Part shown: one piece after another, positions 35,507-45,127 of the stretch
How the letters are laid out: every line of letters begins with the position of its first letter
Position numbering within the stretch: the stretch's first letter is position 1
NCBI GenBank assembly: GCA_034520625.1
Contig: JAXHNI010000011.1
Span: forward strand, 41,794-105,793
DNA length: 64,000 nt
DNA from: Gammaproteobacteria bacterium
GTDB lineage: Bacteria; Pseudomonadota; Gammaproteobacteria; Arenicellales; JAANXG01
Direction: 5' to 3'
Program-made: the position numbers and the translations under genes
Notes under the pieces: generated by a model
Seen by the model: the letters and a program-made list of their open reading frames with translations, nothing else
Told to the model about the DNA's origin: nothing
The model's database searches: none

Positions 35507-36841
35507 CTACTCCCGCAGGACGCATTTTCGGTAAAGGTCCTTGAGCTGGCCATTGGGGTCATATCGGGATTTCAACGACCGGTAAGCGGATTCGTTATAA
35601 ATCTCCCAAAACTCCCGCTCCGGGTAGTAGGATTCCGAATACAGGGATTTTATCCCGCCCAGCTCCGCGGTTTTTTCTTCCACGAGGCGGTTGAAATGCC
35701 CCTCGGGATGGTTGTGCCTGGTTCGGACGACGTCCCAGTGGCCGAAATTGACATATCGCCTGTCGGGATCCATGGGATAGAGCGGGAAGTGGGCGTCGCG
35801 GTCGTAAACTTCGATGGGACAGATCCACACGGGCCGGATGCCGATTTCCCGGTCGAAGAACTGGTAATAGGCGGCGCAGTTTTCCAGGGGAATGTCGATA
35901 TCCTGGATCACGGACTCCGTGTGCAGGCCCCGCAGGCGGTTGGGTATTCGGGTAAAGCCCCACCGCGCGTTCCACCGCATCAGCCTGGTATAGAACACCG
36001 AGGTCAGCCGGTCCGGGCCCAGCAGCCGGCGCAGCAGGGGGTTCTGGGCACCGACGTTCTTCGAGCACCAGAACCAGTCCGTGTCCCAGCGCCAGATGTA
36101 GTCGTGAATGGTGAGGTAATCCTCTTTCCGCTTGCGGATGGACTGGTAGTAGATATTTCTGTACGTATAGTCGCTCAGGTATGGTGCTTCGTCACTGAAT
36201 CGGCCGACCGTGATGTAGTACTCCCCCGGGGAAAAGATCGTCCCGTCCAGAAAATCCACCCCTTGATCCTTGCACAGCTCGGCGATATGCCCGAAGTAGT
36301 CGTCGGCGTCGCGGTGGTGAATGTGCTCCAGCCGTACGTAGGGCTTCACGGGTATCGTTTTGGCCTTCAGCTTGAGGACGTAGCCCAGGGTTCCGTAGGA
36401 GTTCGGCAGGCCAAAAAACAGGCCGCGGTGCTCGTTGTAAGGGGTGCAGGTCACGACTTCGCCGCTGCCCGTCAGCACGTCCATTTCCATGATGGTCTCG
36501 TGAACGAGCCCGTATCGGAACGACGTTGATTCGATTCCCACGCCGGCGATGGCGCCGCCGATGGTGATGCTCTTCAGCTGCGGCACGACGCAGGGCATTA
36601 CGCCCTGCCTGAGAGTTGCGTCAGCCAGCGCGGCGTAGGGCGTCATGCCCTCCACCTCGACCCAGCCCTCCCCGGTGTCCACGCAGAGCACTTCGTTGAA
36701 GTCCCGGACGTTGAGCCTCGACTCATTGTGGCTTTCACGCTCCCTGAACAGGTTGGAGGTATCCTTGTCCAACCGCAGTTCACCGGCGGAGCTCTTGAAC
36801 TGGTCGGAAATTCGTTGCTTTTTTTCTGGATATGATGCCAT
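35507..36841 (-). CDS. FAD-binding oxidoreductase, DHCR24/Rv3719 (BfaA/TmsA)-like
   Basis: LDKDTSNLFR, VVPQLKSITIGGAIAGVGIES, PNSYGTLGY, YIWRWDTDWFWCS, KSLYSESYY. Confidence 0.82.
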   Translation of the reverse strand: MASYPEKKQRISDQFKSSAGELRLDKDTSNLFRERESHNESRLNVRDFNEVLCVDTGEGWVEVEGMTPYAALADATLRQGVMPCVVPQLKSITIGGAIAGVGIESTSFRYGLVHETIMEMDVLTGSGEVVTCTPYNEHRGLFFGLPNSYGTLGYVLKLKAKTIPVKPYVRLEHIHHRDADDYFGHIAELCKDQGVDFLDGTIFSPGEYYITVGRFSDEAPYLSDYTYRNIYYQSIRKRKEDYLTIHDYIWRWDTDWFWCSKNVGAQNPLLRRLLGPDRLTSVFYTRLMRWNARWGFTRIPNRLRGLHTESVIQDIDIPLENCAAYYQFFDREIGIRPVWICPIEVYDRDAHFPLYPMDPDRRYVNFGHWDVVRTRHNHPEGHFNRLVEEKTAELGGIKSLYSESYYPEREFWEIYNESAYRSLKSRYDPNGQLKDLYRKCVLRE

Positions 36842-37048
36842 TTTTGCGAGATTGTCCCGGATGAGGTCGTTCGCGGATTCGAGGCGTCTCCGGCGCAGGG
36901 CCGGTGGCCGGTTCGGATCGTTCGCCAAGTGTACTATGCTTGTGGATAATGGTGGCCGCGCGCCGAACGTCCGAATACCCGAATCCCGCCCTCGGCGGGG
37001 CGACCGGTGAAATCCGCTTTCCGGAACGTGATTTATATCGATACGACC

Positions 37049-39175
37049 ATGACTAGACCAATCAAGCAGCTGCTGGCAATCCTCCTCATCGCGGGTACAT
37101 TGCCCGCGCTCGCTGTTCCGACCACTGTAGACCCGTCCGAGCTGTACCCGTCCGCGGAGCAGGAGCGCGCCACCAAGCTCGTCCACTATTTCATCGACCG
37201 GTTCCATTACCGGGATGTACAGCTCGACGACGCGCTCTCCGAGCGTATCTTCGCCAGATATCTGGAGAACCTGGATGGCAACCGCAGCTATCTAATGGCC
37301 CCCGATCTGGAAGACTTCGCGCGCTACCGGCTGGCGCTGGATGACGCCATCCGGGAAACAGACCTGGCCGCGGCGTTCGACATCTTCAAGCGGGTGCGCC
37401 AGCGCGTAGAGGAGCGCGTGGAGTACGCGGCGTCGCTGCTGGACGCCGGTTTCGACTTCACCGTGGACGAGGAGGTGATGCTGGACCGCAGCCAGGCCCC
37501 CTGGGCGGCGGACCGGGAAGCGCTGAACGAAATCTGGCGCCAGCGCGTCAAGAACGACTGGTTGACCCTGTCGCTTTCGGGAAAATCCGATGATGAGATC
37601 GTGGAGAATCTATCCGGCCGCTACGAGCGCATCCAGACGCGCATCCACCAGCTGGACCGTGAGGACGTGTTCCAGACCTTCATCAATGCCTATGCCGGCG
37701 CCATCGAGCCGCACACCAGCTACCTGGCCCGGCGGGCATCGGACAACTTCAACATCAATATGAGCCTGAGCCTGGAGGGAATCGGCGCGGCGCTGCAGAC
37801 GGAGAATGAGCATACGGTGGTGCGCCGGGTGATTCCCGGTGCGCCGGCGGACCTGAGCAACCGCCTGTTCGTCGGGGACCGGATAACGGGCGTCGCCCAG
37901 GGTGGGGAGGACATGGTCGATATCGTCGGCTGGCGTTTGGCTGAGGTCGTCGATCTCATCCGGGGTCCCAAGGGGAGCACGGTGCGTCTGGAGATCCTGC
38001 CGGCGGACGAGCCGCTGGGCGGGTCAAGGCGTGAGATCGACCTCGTCCGTGACAAGGTCAAGCTCGAAGGGCGCGCCGCGCACAGCACGATTCACGAGGT
38101 GCCGACATCCGACGGTATGGATCGAATCGCCGTAATCAGGATTCCGACATTCTATTCGAATCTCGAAGCCCGGGCCCGGGGGGAGAAGGATTTTCGAAGC
38201 ACCACCAGGGATGTACGCAATATCCTGCGCGAGCTGCGCGGCGAGCGCGTAAACGGGGTGGTGATCGACCTGCTGGGCAACAGCGGCGGTTCCCTGCCCG
38301 AGGCGATTGAGCTGACCGGGTTGTTCATTGCGCGGGGACCGGTGGTTCAGGTACGCGACTCCCTGGGCCGCGTCAATGTCAGCCGCGACCCGGATCCGGA
38401 TATCGTGTATTCCGGGCCGCTGGCCGTACTGGTGGATCGTTACAGCGCGTCGGCGTCGGAAATCTTCGCGGGAGCCATCCAGGACTACGAGCGCGGCGTC
38501 CTCATCGGCGAGTCGACCTACGGCAAGGGCACGGTTCAGCGGGTCGAGAATCTGGGCAACGGGCCGGAGATGGGCAAGCTCAAGTACACGATCGCCAAGT
38601 TTTTCAGAATCAGCGGCGACAGCACCCAGTTGCGCGGCGTTACCCCCGATATCGAATACCCCATGGCCATCAACAACGACAGCAACGGGGAGCGCGCCTT
38701 CGACAACGCGCTGCCCTGGGAAGCCGTGAACCCTGCCCGGTACGAAGTGGCGGCATTCAGCGCCCTGCACATCCCGGACCTGGTCGAGCTTCATCGGGAG
38801 CGAACGGCCGACGACCTGGGATTCGAATATCTGCGAAGTGAAGCGCAGGCCGCCAGCCGGATGGAAGGGCAGCGGTACTTCAGCCTGAACCGCCGCGAGC
38901 GGGAGCGGACGCGGGAGCAGCTGGACAATCAGCGTCTGCGCCGCCTCAATCTCTATCGGGAAAGCGTGGGCGAGGCTCCCCTGGCGACGCTGGAGGAGCT
39001 GAGCGAGGAGCAGAACACCGCGGATCCGACCGATGTGTCGGACGCCCACCGCGTCAAGCAGGAGGAGGCGGCGAACATACTGTCCGACCTGATTCGCCTG
39101 CAAAGGCGGCAGCTGATGACGCAGAGCGTTTCCGGGGACACGCAGCAGGATTCCTTTGCAGTCCAGCCGCGTTAG
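37049..39175 (+). CDS. prc: Tail-specific (carboxy-terminal processing) protease, S41
   Basis: Signal peptide, EPHTSY, PDZ LEGIGA, SASASEIFAGAIQDY, TYGKGTVQ, STQLRGVTPDI. Confidence 0.93.
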   Translation: MTRPIKQLLAILLIAGTLPALAVPTTVDPSELYPSAEQERATKLVHYFIDRFHYRDVQLDDALSERIFARYLENLDGNRSYLMAPDLEDFARYRLALDDAIRETDLAAAFDIFKRVRQRVEERVEYAASLLDAGFDFTVDEEVMLDRSQAPWAADREALNEIWRQRVKNDWLTLSLSGKSDDEIVENLSGRYERIQTRIHQLDREDVFQTFINAYAGAIEPHTSYLARRASDNFNINMSLSLEGIGAALQTENEHTVVRRVIPGAPADLSNRLFVGDRITGVAQGGEDMVDIVGWRLAEVVDLIRGPKGSTVRLEILPADEPLGGSRREIDLVRDKVKLEGRAAHSTIHEVPTSDGMDRIAVIRIPTFYSNLEARARGEKDFRSTTRDVRNILRELRGERVNGVVIDLLGNSGGSLPEAIELTGLFIARGPVVQVRDSLGRVNVSRDPDPDIVYSGPLAVLVDRYSASASEIFAGAIQDYERGVLIGESTYGKGTVQRVENLGNGPEMGKLKYTIAKFFRISGDSTQLRGVTPDIEYPMAINNDSNGERAFDNALPWEAVNPARYEVAAFSALHIPDLVELHRERTADDLGFEYLRSEAQAASRMEGQRYFSLNRRERERTREQLDNQRLRRLNLYRESVGEAPLATLEELSEEQNTADPTDVSDAHRVKQEEAANILSDLIRLQRRQLMTQSVSGDTQQDSFAVQPR

Positions 39176-39251
39176 TGCCCTTTCAAAGTGATATTGCACC
39201 ACTCGGCAACCCATTCGCCGCGGTACGATTTGAACACCTGCCCAGCGGATC

Positions 39252-39363
39252 GGGCCGATGCCGGGGGCCATCCCTCAGGGCCGCTGTAAATACATCCGTG
39301 TACGCTCTGGCTCAAACATCCCTGTTTTCGACAGCCCTGAGGGATGGCCCCCGGCACCGGCCT
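39252..39363 (-). repeat. Dispersed hairpin element copy 5
   Basis: ~28-bp stem (CCATCCCTCAGGG/CCCTGAGGGATGG variant) plus core. Confidence 0.9.
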
Positions 39364-39491
39364 TGCCCCCCGGCACCGGTTCTTCAACCGGCCGTGGCCT
39401 GCGGAATTGGTCCGACTCCGAACGGTTCCGAAGCATTCAGAAGGTTCGGACAGCAGTCGCGCGCGGGTGCTGGCCTGCGGGATCGCCCGCG

Positions 39492-40514
39492 TCAAAGCGG
39501 TGACTGGCTCAGTCTCTCCCGGGCGGCGTCGACGGTTCGGTCCAGTGCGGTGTTGATACTGCCCAGCAGCCGTTCGCTGACGGACTTCTTTCCGCGATAG
39601 CTCACTTCATACAGGCGGGAGGTGCCGCTGGCCTCCAGCAGGTAGTCATCGCTGGTCTTGATTTCATCGATCAGACCGGCCTCCACGGCGTCGCTGCCGT
39701 ACCAGATTTCCCCGGTGGCGACCTTTCCCAGATCCAGATTCGGCCTGTGCTCGGCGATGAAAGCCTTGAACAGCTCATGGGTCTGCTCGATCTGCTCCCG
39801 CAGCTTGGCCCGTTCCTTGTCGGTATTTTCACCGAACATGGTGACGGTGCGTTTGAATTCTCCTGCGGTTTCCTGCTCGAAGCCGATTCCGTGGCGTTTG
39901 AGCATCTCGTGGAAATTCGGCAGTTGGGCCAGGACGCCGATGGAGCCGAGAACGGCGAACGGCGCTGCGATAATCCGGTCCGCGACGCATGCCATCATGT
40001 AGCCGCCGCTGGCGGCCACCTTGTCCACCGCGACGGTGACATGCACGCCGGCTTCCCGCAGTCGCTTGACCTGGGAGGCGGCGAGGCCGTGCTCGTGGAC
40101 GATGCCGCCCATGTTCTCCAGCCGTAGCAGAACCGCGTCACCGGCTTCTGCCAGGGTCAGAATCGCGGTGATCTCCTCGCGCAGGGAGGCTACGCCGGTG
40201 GCCTTGATGTCGCCGTGGAAGTTGAGGACGAACACACGGCCCGATTCTTCATCCGAGCCTTTTTTGCGGGAGGCCTTGCGTTTCGACTTGTCCCGCTTGA
40301 CCAGCTTTTTCCACTCCTTCGCGGGCAGAATGTGGGAGCGCAGGAGATTCCGCATATCGTCGTATTTCCGATTGAGATCCTTGATCTCGAGCTTTTCGGG
40401 GGATCTGGTTTTTCTGGACAGGGCGGATACCAGGCCGACGATGACCACGACGACCATCAGGAATGTCAGGGATTTGGCGAAAAACAGCCCGTACTCCAAC
40501 AGGAATTCGTTCAT
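39492..40514 (-). CDS. sohB: Protease SohB (S49)
   Basis: EYGLFFAK, LREEITAIL, VDKVAASGGYMMACVA, TAGEFKRTVTMFGENT. Confidence 0.95.
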   Translation of the reverse strand: MNEFLLEYGLFFAKSLTFLMVVVVIVGLVSALSRKTRSPEKLEIKDLNRKYDDMRNLLRSHILPAKEWKKLVKRDKSKRKASRKKGSDEESGRVFVLNFHGDIKATGVASLREEITAILTLAEAGDAVLLRLENMGGIVHEHGLAASQVKRLREAGVHVTVAVDKVAASGGYMMACVADRIIAAPFAVLGSIGVLAQLPNFHEMLKRHGIGFEQETAGEFKRTVTMFGENTDKERAKLREQIEQTHELFKAFIAEHRPNLDLGKVATGEIWYGSDAVEAGLIDEIKTSDDYLLEASGTSRLYEVSYRGKKSVSERLLGSINTALDRTVDAARERLSQSPL

Positions 40515-41219
40515 TCAGTAGACTCCGGATTTATTGAGTGGCAGCAGGTCCAGTACACGTTCGAGGGAGGAGACTTCGTGGTCGGCGCCGGCGCCTTCGT
40601 CCCATTGCACCCCGTTTCGATTGACCCAGACGGTCTTCATGCCGAGCCGTGCGGCGCCGAGTATATCCTGTACCGGATGGTCACCAATGTGCAGCACCTG
40701 GGCCGGTATCAGCCCCAGATGCTCACAGGCGGCCTGGAACATCCTCGCGTCGGGCTTTGCCGCGCCGACGTCCCGGGCCGAAACGTGACGTACGAACAGG
40801 TCGCCCAGTCCGATTTGATGCAGGTCGGCGTTGCCGTTGCTGACGCTCAACAAGGGATAGCGCTCCCGCGCGCTGGTCAGGAACGGCAGAACATCAGGGT
40901 AAAGCTCCACGTTGTTGCGATGGATCAGGAATTCCTCCATGGCCTGGTCCACGTACCCGTCGGGGTAGCCTCCCTCGACGACGAGGATCCTGTGCAGCGA
41001 CCGGCGCCGCACCTCGGTTACGTCGTGGGCGATCTGCGTATGGGTGCGGACGATTTCCAGGCGGGCCGCCCGCATGGTTTCGATGGTGTGGGAAGGCGTG
41101 ATTCCGGGACAATTCGCGGAAAGCCACTCGTAAAGCCTGTTTTCGGCTGTTTCGATTACCGGCTCTATGGGCCAGAGCGTATCGTCGAGATCCAGGGTAA
41201 TGGCACGGATGTCTTCCAT
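40515..41219 (-). CDS. HAD-superfamily hydrolase (YigB-like)
   Basis: ITLDLDDTLW, SNGNAD, KPD, HIGDHPVQDI. Confidence 0.9.
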   Translation of the reverse strand: MEDIRAITLDLDDTLWPIEPVIETAENRLYEWLSANCPGITPSHTIETMRAARLEIVRTHTQIAHDVTEVRRRSLHRILVVEGGYPDGYVDQAMEEFLIHRNNVELYPDVLPFLTSARERYPLLSVSNGNADLHQIGLGDLFVRHVSARDVGAAKPDARMFQAACEHLGLIPAQVLHIGDHPVQDILGAARLGMKTVWVNRNGVQWDEGAGADHEVSSLERVLDLLPLNKSGVY

Positions 41220-41633
41220 CGGATAACGGGTCTGTCGAGGGGCGCCGGCGCTCCGCGCGGGCGGTGGATCGGATGCGCAGTGGCGCGTGTTGATGGGAAT
41301 TATATATCGTCGATCAAGCATCAATAAATGTATTCGGGTGCAGGCATCAACTTCGACAATTCGGCATCCGGCGGCGAATGCGCCGGATATGCACGCGCGA
41401 AATGTTACAAAAGGTTACAAACTCCGTTGAAATCGTTGTGAAAAACGCACTAACAACCCGCTCGCGTTCTGTTGCGGAATACATACGAATCAATGCACCG
41501 CGATACTGCTCCGAGTCTGCAAACAATCGCTGCATCGTCGCCGTTCACGAACCACTTCGATCAAGGCATCCCGCGCACTCATCGAAGCAGAGATTCCTTG
41601 CGTTGCATTTCTGCAAAAGTTGTTGCATTTGAC

Positions 41634-41661
41634 TTGACATTTGTTCAGACGTGAATATAGT
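41634..41661 (+). promoter_or_regulatory. Putative sigma70 promoter ~280 nt upstream of the Lys-rich gene
   Basis: TTGACA-N16-TATAGT in a lower-GC intergenic region. Confidence 0.6.
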
Positions 41662-41939
41662 CTGCGACAAATCAATCGTGGATCACGTTACAGTTTGCAT
41701 CGCAACGGGCACCAAGGACGTTTGAAAGGAACTGTACACGACAAATTTCGAGCTATTGGCGGAACAACTCATAAACGCCGGCAGGAAGGGTTACTGCAAC
41801 ATGCAGGGAACCACGCACTCTTACCCCCTATCTTCTCAGCCCCACTCCCGCTTGATTCCGGAACCGCAGTTCCGTTCGTGGATTTCGAGCGGCGAGTGGA
41901 TCAATTCAACTCACTAAACCTCAACTGAGGAGACGCGTC

Positions 41940-42392
41940 ATGGCAGCAGCCAAAAAACGAGCCAAGAAGAAGGCTACGAAGAAGAAGTCGACTCGTAAGA
42001 AGTCGGCTCGGAAAGTAGCCAAGAAGACCAAGCGGAAGACCAAGAAGAAGGCCACCAAGAAGAAGGCCAAGAAAAAGGCTACCAAGAAAAAAGCCAAGAA
42101 AAAGGCCAAGAAAAAGGCCAAAAAGAAGGCCACCAAGAAAAAGGCCAAGAAAAAGGCTACTAAGAAAAAGGCCAAGAAAAAGGCCAAAAAGAAGGCCAAG
42201 AAGAAGACTTCCAGGAAAAAGGCCACCAAGAAGAAGGCCAAGAAGAAGTCTGGCAAGAAAGTGAGCCGGAAGAAAACCGGCAAGAAAAAGACTGCCAAAA
42301 AGAAGACTTCAAAGAAGAAGACTTCAAAAAAGCGAGGCTCAAAAAAAAACACTAAGAAAAAAGCGGGGATGAGAATCCCTCTGCCTTTCTGA
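41940..42392 (+). CDS. Histone H1-like Lys/Ala-rich basic protein
   Basis: 82 of 150 residues are Lys (hand count), KKKA/KKKAT repeats with synonymous codon variation, SD GAGGAG, own terminator. Confidence 0.85.
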   Translation: MAAAKKRAKKKATKKKSTRKKSARKVAKKTKRKTKKKATKKKAKKKATKKKAKKKAKKKAKKKATKKKAKKKATKKKAKKKAKKKAKKKTSRKKATKKKAKKKSGKKVSRKKTGKKKTAKKKTSKKKTSKKRGSKKNTKKKAGMRIPLPF

Positions 42393-42428
42393 GCTGTTGA
42401 AGCACTGAGCAGTCAAAAGGAAGCTTAG

Positions 42429-42458
42429 CCGCCGGCCCCAGGGCCGGCGGTTTTCTTT
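42429..42458 (+). terminator. Intrinsic terminator
   Basis: CCGCCGGCCC-CA-GGGCCGGCGG followed by TTTTCTTT. Confidence 0.88.
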
Positions 42459-42592
42459 CCATACCCCATTCCCACCGTTTCCCGCTCCCCCTAGTCCGCC
42501 CGTCGTGAAGCAGAGGCGGGACCCTTAGAACCCCCCGTCTGTTACGCTATTCTTTTCGAAAATCCCAGCCGATCCTGACGACAGGCATCGCG

Positions 42593-44374
42593 ATGACACG
42601 CAACAACCCGGAATTCGGCTTTGAGCTGCCCGGATACGCTCTCCTCCGGGAGATTGGCCGCGGAGGCGTGTCGACCGTCTATCTCGCACGGCACGAACTG
42701 CTGGGGCGAGAGGTGGCCATCAAGGTCATGTCTCCCGTCCTGGCGGTGGAACAGGGCTTCAACAAGCGGTTTATCCGGGAGGGACAGACCGTGGCCCAGC
42801 TCAACCACCCCGGAATCGTGTCGGTTTACGATGTCGCAGTGGCGGATCACCGGCCCTTCATCGCCATGGAATACCTCCCCGGCGGGAGCCTCAAGGACCG
42901 GCTCCGGGGCCCGTTGCCGCCGGAGGAGGCGGTCTCGTTGTTGAGAAGAATCGCCGACTCTCTGGGTTACGCCCATGGTCGCGGCGTATTCCATCGGGAT
43001 GTCAAGCCCGAGAACATTCTTTTCCGGGAGAACGGCGATGCCGTGCTGACGGATTTCGGGATCGCCAAGTCGGAATCCCAGGACACCGCATTAACCAGCA
43101 TCGGCGTGGTCGTGGGGACCCCTCGATATATCAGTCCGGAGCAGGCGCAGGGCCATGACAGCGACGCGCGGTCGGATATATACGCCCTGGGCGTCATACT
43201 TTTCGAGATGCTGACCGGACGCCCTCCGTATGACGTCAAGGGCAGCATGTCACTGCTTTACGCGCATATTAATGAACCCATACCGCGGCTTCCCGGGGAG
43301 CTCGCGGCATACCAGCGACTGATCGACGACCTGCTCGCAAAGGACCCGGATCAACGCATTTCCGACTGTGCGCTGCTCGTAGAGCGGTTGGACAAGCCGG
43401 ACAAGCCCGGTGCGCGAAGCTGGTTTCGCGGCGTGCGCCGCTGGATGCGGTCCGGCAAGGGTAAGGACGGAAATCGCCGCTTGGGATGGACCATCGCGGC
43501 CGGAACGGTCTTGTTGCCGGTGGCGGCACTCGTGTTGTGGATGCAGGGTTATAGACCTGGAGCCGTCTGGGCACCGGAGTCCGGAGAGGAGTTCAGGCAG
43601 ACGGTATCCCGCCTGGTTTCGTCCGGCGGGGATGCCGTTGAATCCCGTGTCTACCCGTGGCCGTCCGGTAACGAGCAACCGGCCATGGATTCCGTGACCG
43701 ATCAAGCGCTATCGGCGATTGTCCCGGGAGCGGGCGGCGAGGACGCCGCGATACCCGGGCCGGTACCTGAACCAGGGGACTCGCCAACCCGCGGGACGGA
43801 GATCGATACCGATACCGCCTCAGGCCTGGATGCTGAATCGCTCTTCAACCAGGCCCAGGCACTGTTGTCGGGGACAGTCGCGGAAGCCAACCTGGTGGCG
43901 GCAGCTGACCTGCACGAGCAGGCGGCGGACAAGGGCCACGCGTTGTCGCAGTATTATCTCGGCGTGGCGTACGGCAACGGTGACGGCGTAGAGCGCGACG
44001 AGTCGCGGGCGCTGCACTGGCTCCGGCGCGCAGCGGAGTCGGAGGTACGCGGCGCACGGTATAACCTGATACTTGCGGGTATATTCGGTTCCAATCCCGA
44101 TACCGCCGCCGCCGCCAGGGTTGCGCTCGCCCTGGCGGAGCAGAACTATGCTCCCGTGTATCGCATACTCGGATGGATGTACAACACTGGAACCGGTGTT
44201 CAGTCCAGCTTCCCCCAGTCCGTTCGATGGAACGCGAAGACCATGCTGGGGGAGGTAACCGGCAAGCCCAGCAGGCCGCGTTGGGTTGTCCGGCACTGGG
44301 AGCAGCAGCTCCGTGCCGAGCTCGGCAAGATCCGGGATGCGAATCCCGAGCCGGACCGGGCCGTAATCAAGTAG
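42593..44374 (+). CDS. Hanks-type Ser/Thr protein kinase with TM segment and Sel1 repeats
   Basis: IGRGGVSTVY, VAIK, HRDVKPEN, DFG, GTPRYISPE; SQYYLGVAYGNGDGV and LGWMYNTGTGV Sel1 motifs. Confidence 0.9.
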   Translation: MTRNNPEFGFELPGYALLREIGRGGVSTVYLARHELLGREVAIKVMSPVLAVEQGFNKRFIREGQTVAQLNHPGIVSVYDVAVADHRPFIAMEYLPGGSLKDRLRGPLPPEEAVSLLRRIADSLGYAHGRGVFHRDVKPENILFRENGDAVLTDFGIAKSESQDTALTSIGVVVGTPRYISPEQAQGHDSDARSDIYALGVILFEMLTGRPPYDVKGSMSLLYAHINEPIPRLPGELAAYQRLIDDLLAKDPDQRISDCALLVERLDKPDKPGARSWFRGVRRWMRSGKGKDGNRRLGWTIAAGTVLLPVAALVLWMQGYRPGAVWAPESGEEFRQTVSRLVSSGGDAVESRVYPWPSGNEQPAMDSVTDQALSAIVPGAGGEDAAIPGPVPEPGDSPTRGTEIDTDTASGLDAESLFNQAQALLSGTVAEANLVAAADLHEQAADKGHALSQYYLGVAYGNGDGVERDESRALHWLRRAAESEVRGARYNLILAGIFGSNPDTAAAARVALALAEQNYAPVYRILGWMYNTGTGVQSSFPQSVRWNAKTMLGEVTGKPSRPRWVVRHWEQQLRAELGKIRDANPEPDRAVIK

Positions 44375-44404
44375 CTGCCCATACTTCCGGTCGGCGTAGC
44401 CGCA

Positions 44405-44456
44405 TTGAATTCCCACTGCGCCGCCCCTATTATCATTAGTGTGAAAGATACACTAA
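44405..44456 (+). promoter_or_regulatory. sigma70 promoter and NrtR operator
   Basis: TTGAAT-N17-TATTAT (44405-44433); palindrome TTAGTGT-N7-ACACTAA (44436-44456). Confidence 0.8.
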
Positions 44457-45118
44457 GGGAAGTTCGCGACGATGCCCGGTTCCGGGTATCCACCGACATC
44501 GTGGTTTTCACGGTGCGGCGCGATAGGCTCGAAGTCCTGCTGTGTCGGCAGGAGACCGCCTCGAACGAGCGTGGTGTCTGGTCGTTGCCCGGCGGGTTTG
44601 TCGCCGACGGCGAGCCGCTGGACGCCAGCGCGCGGCGTGCGCTGGCGGAGCACACCGGCCTGGCGGATATCTACCTCGAGCAGCTTTTTACGTTCGGCCA
44701 GCCGGAGCGCCATCCCGGACCCCGGGTCATATCCGTCGCGTATTTCGCCCTGGTTCCCGGCGACAGGCTCACCGGTTTCGATTCGGGGCGCACCGGAACC
44801 TGGTGGGACGCGGCCCGGCTGCCGCCGCTGTACCTGGACCACGAGCAGATCATCGATACCGCCCGGGAGCGGCTCGCGGCCAAGCTGGAGTATTCGACGA
44901 TCGCCTTTCAGTTGATGCCGGACCGGTTCACGCTGAGTGAACTCCAGGGTGTATATGAAACCATTTATGACAGGCCCGTCGACAAGCGCAATTTCCGCAA
45001 ACGCGTACTCGCTCTGGAACATGTACAGGCTACCGACCACAAGCGGCGGAACGGGTTCCACCGGCCCGCGCGCCTGTACCGATACACGGCGCGCGACGCC
45101 ATCGAAATTCTCAAGTAG
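44441..45118 (+). CDS. nrtR: Nudix-related transcriptional regulator NrtR
   Basis: WSLPGGFV, YLEQLFTFG, FTLSELQGVYE, DKRNFRKR, RPARLY; precedes nadA. Confidence 0.9.
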   Translation: MKDTLREVRDDARFRVSTDIVVFTVRRDRLEVLLCRQETASNERGVWSLPGGFVADGEPLDASARRALAEHTGLADIYLEQLFTFGQPERHPGPRVISVAYFALVPGDRLTGFDSGRTGTWWDAARLPPLYLDHEQIIDTARERLAAKLEYSTIAFQLMPDRFTLSELQGVYETIYDRPVDKRNFRKRVLALEHVQATDHKRRNGFHRPARLYRYTARDAIEILK

Positions 45119-45127
45119 GGGACGGCA

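Noticed and set aside
41921-42352. Phe/Leu-rich membrane-like ORF on the minus strand
   Set aside because: Mirror of the Lys-codon repeats; the + strand has the SD and terminator
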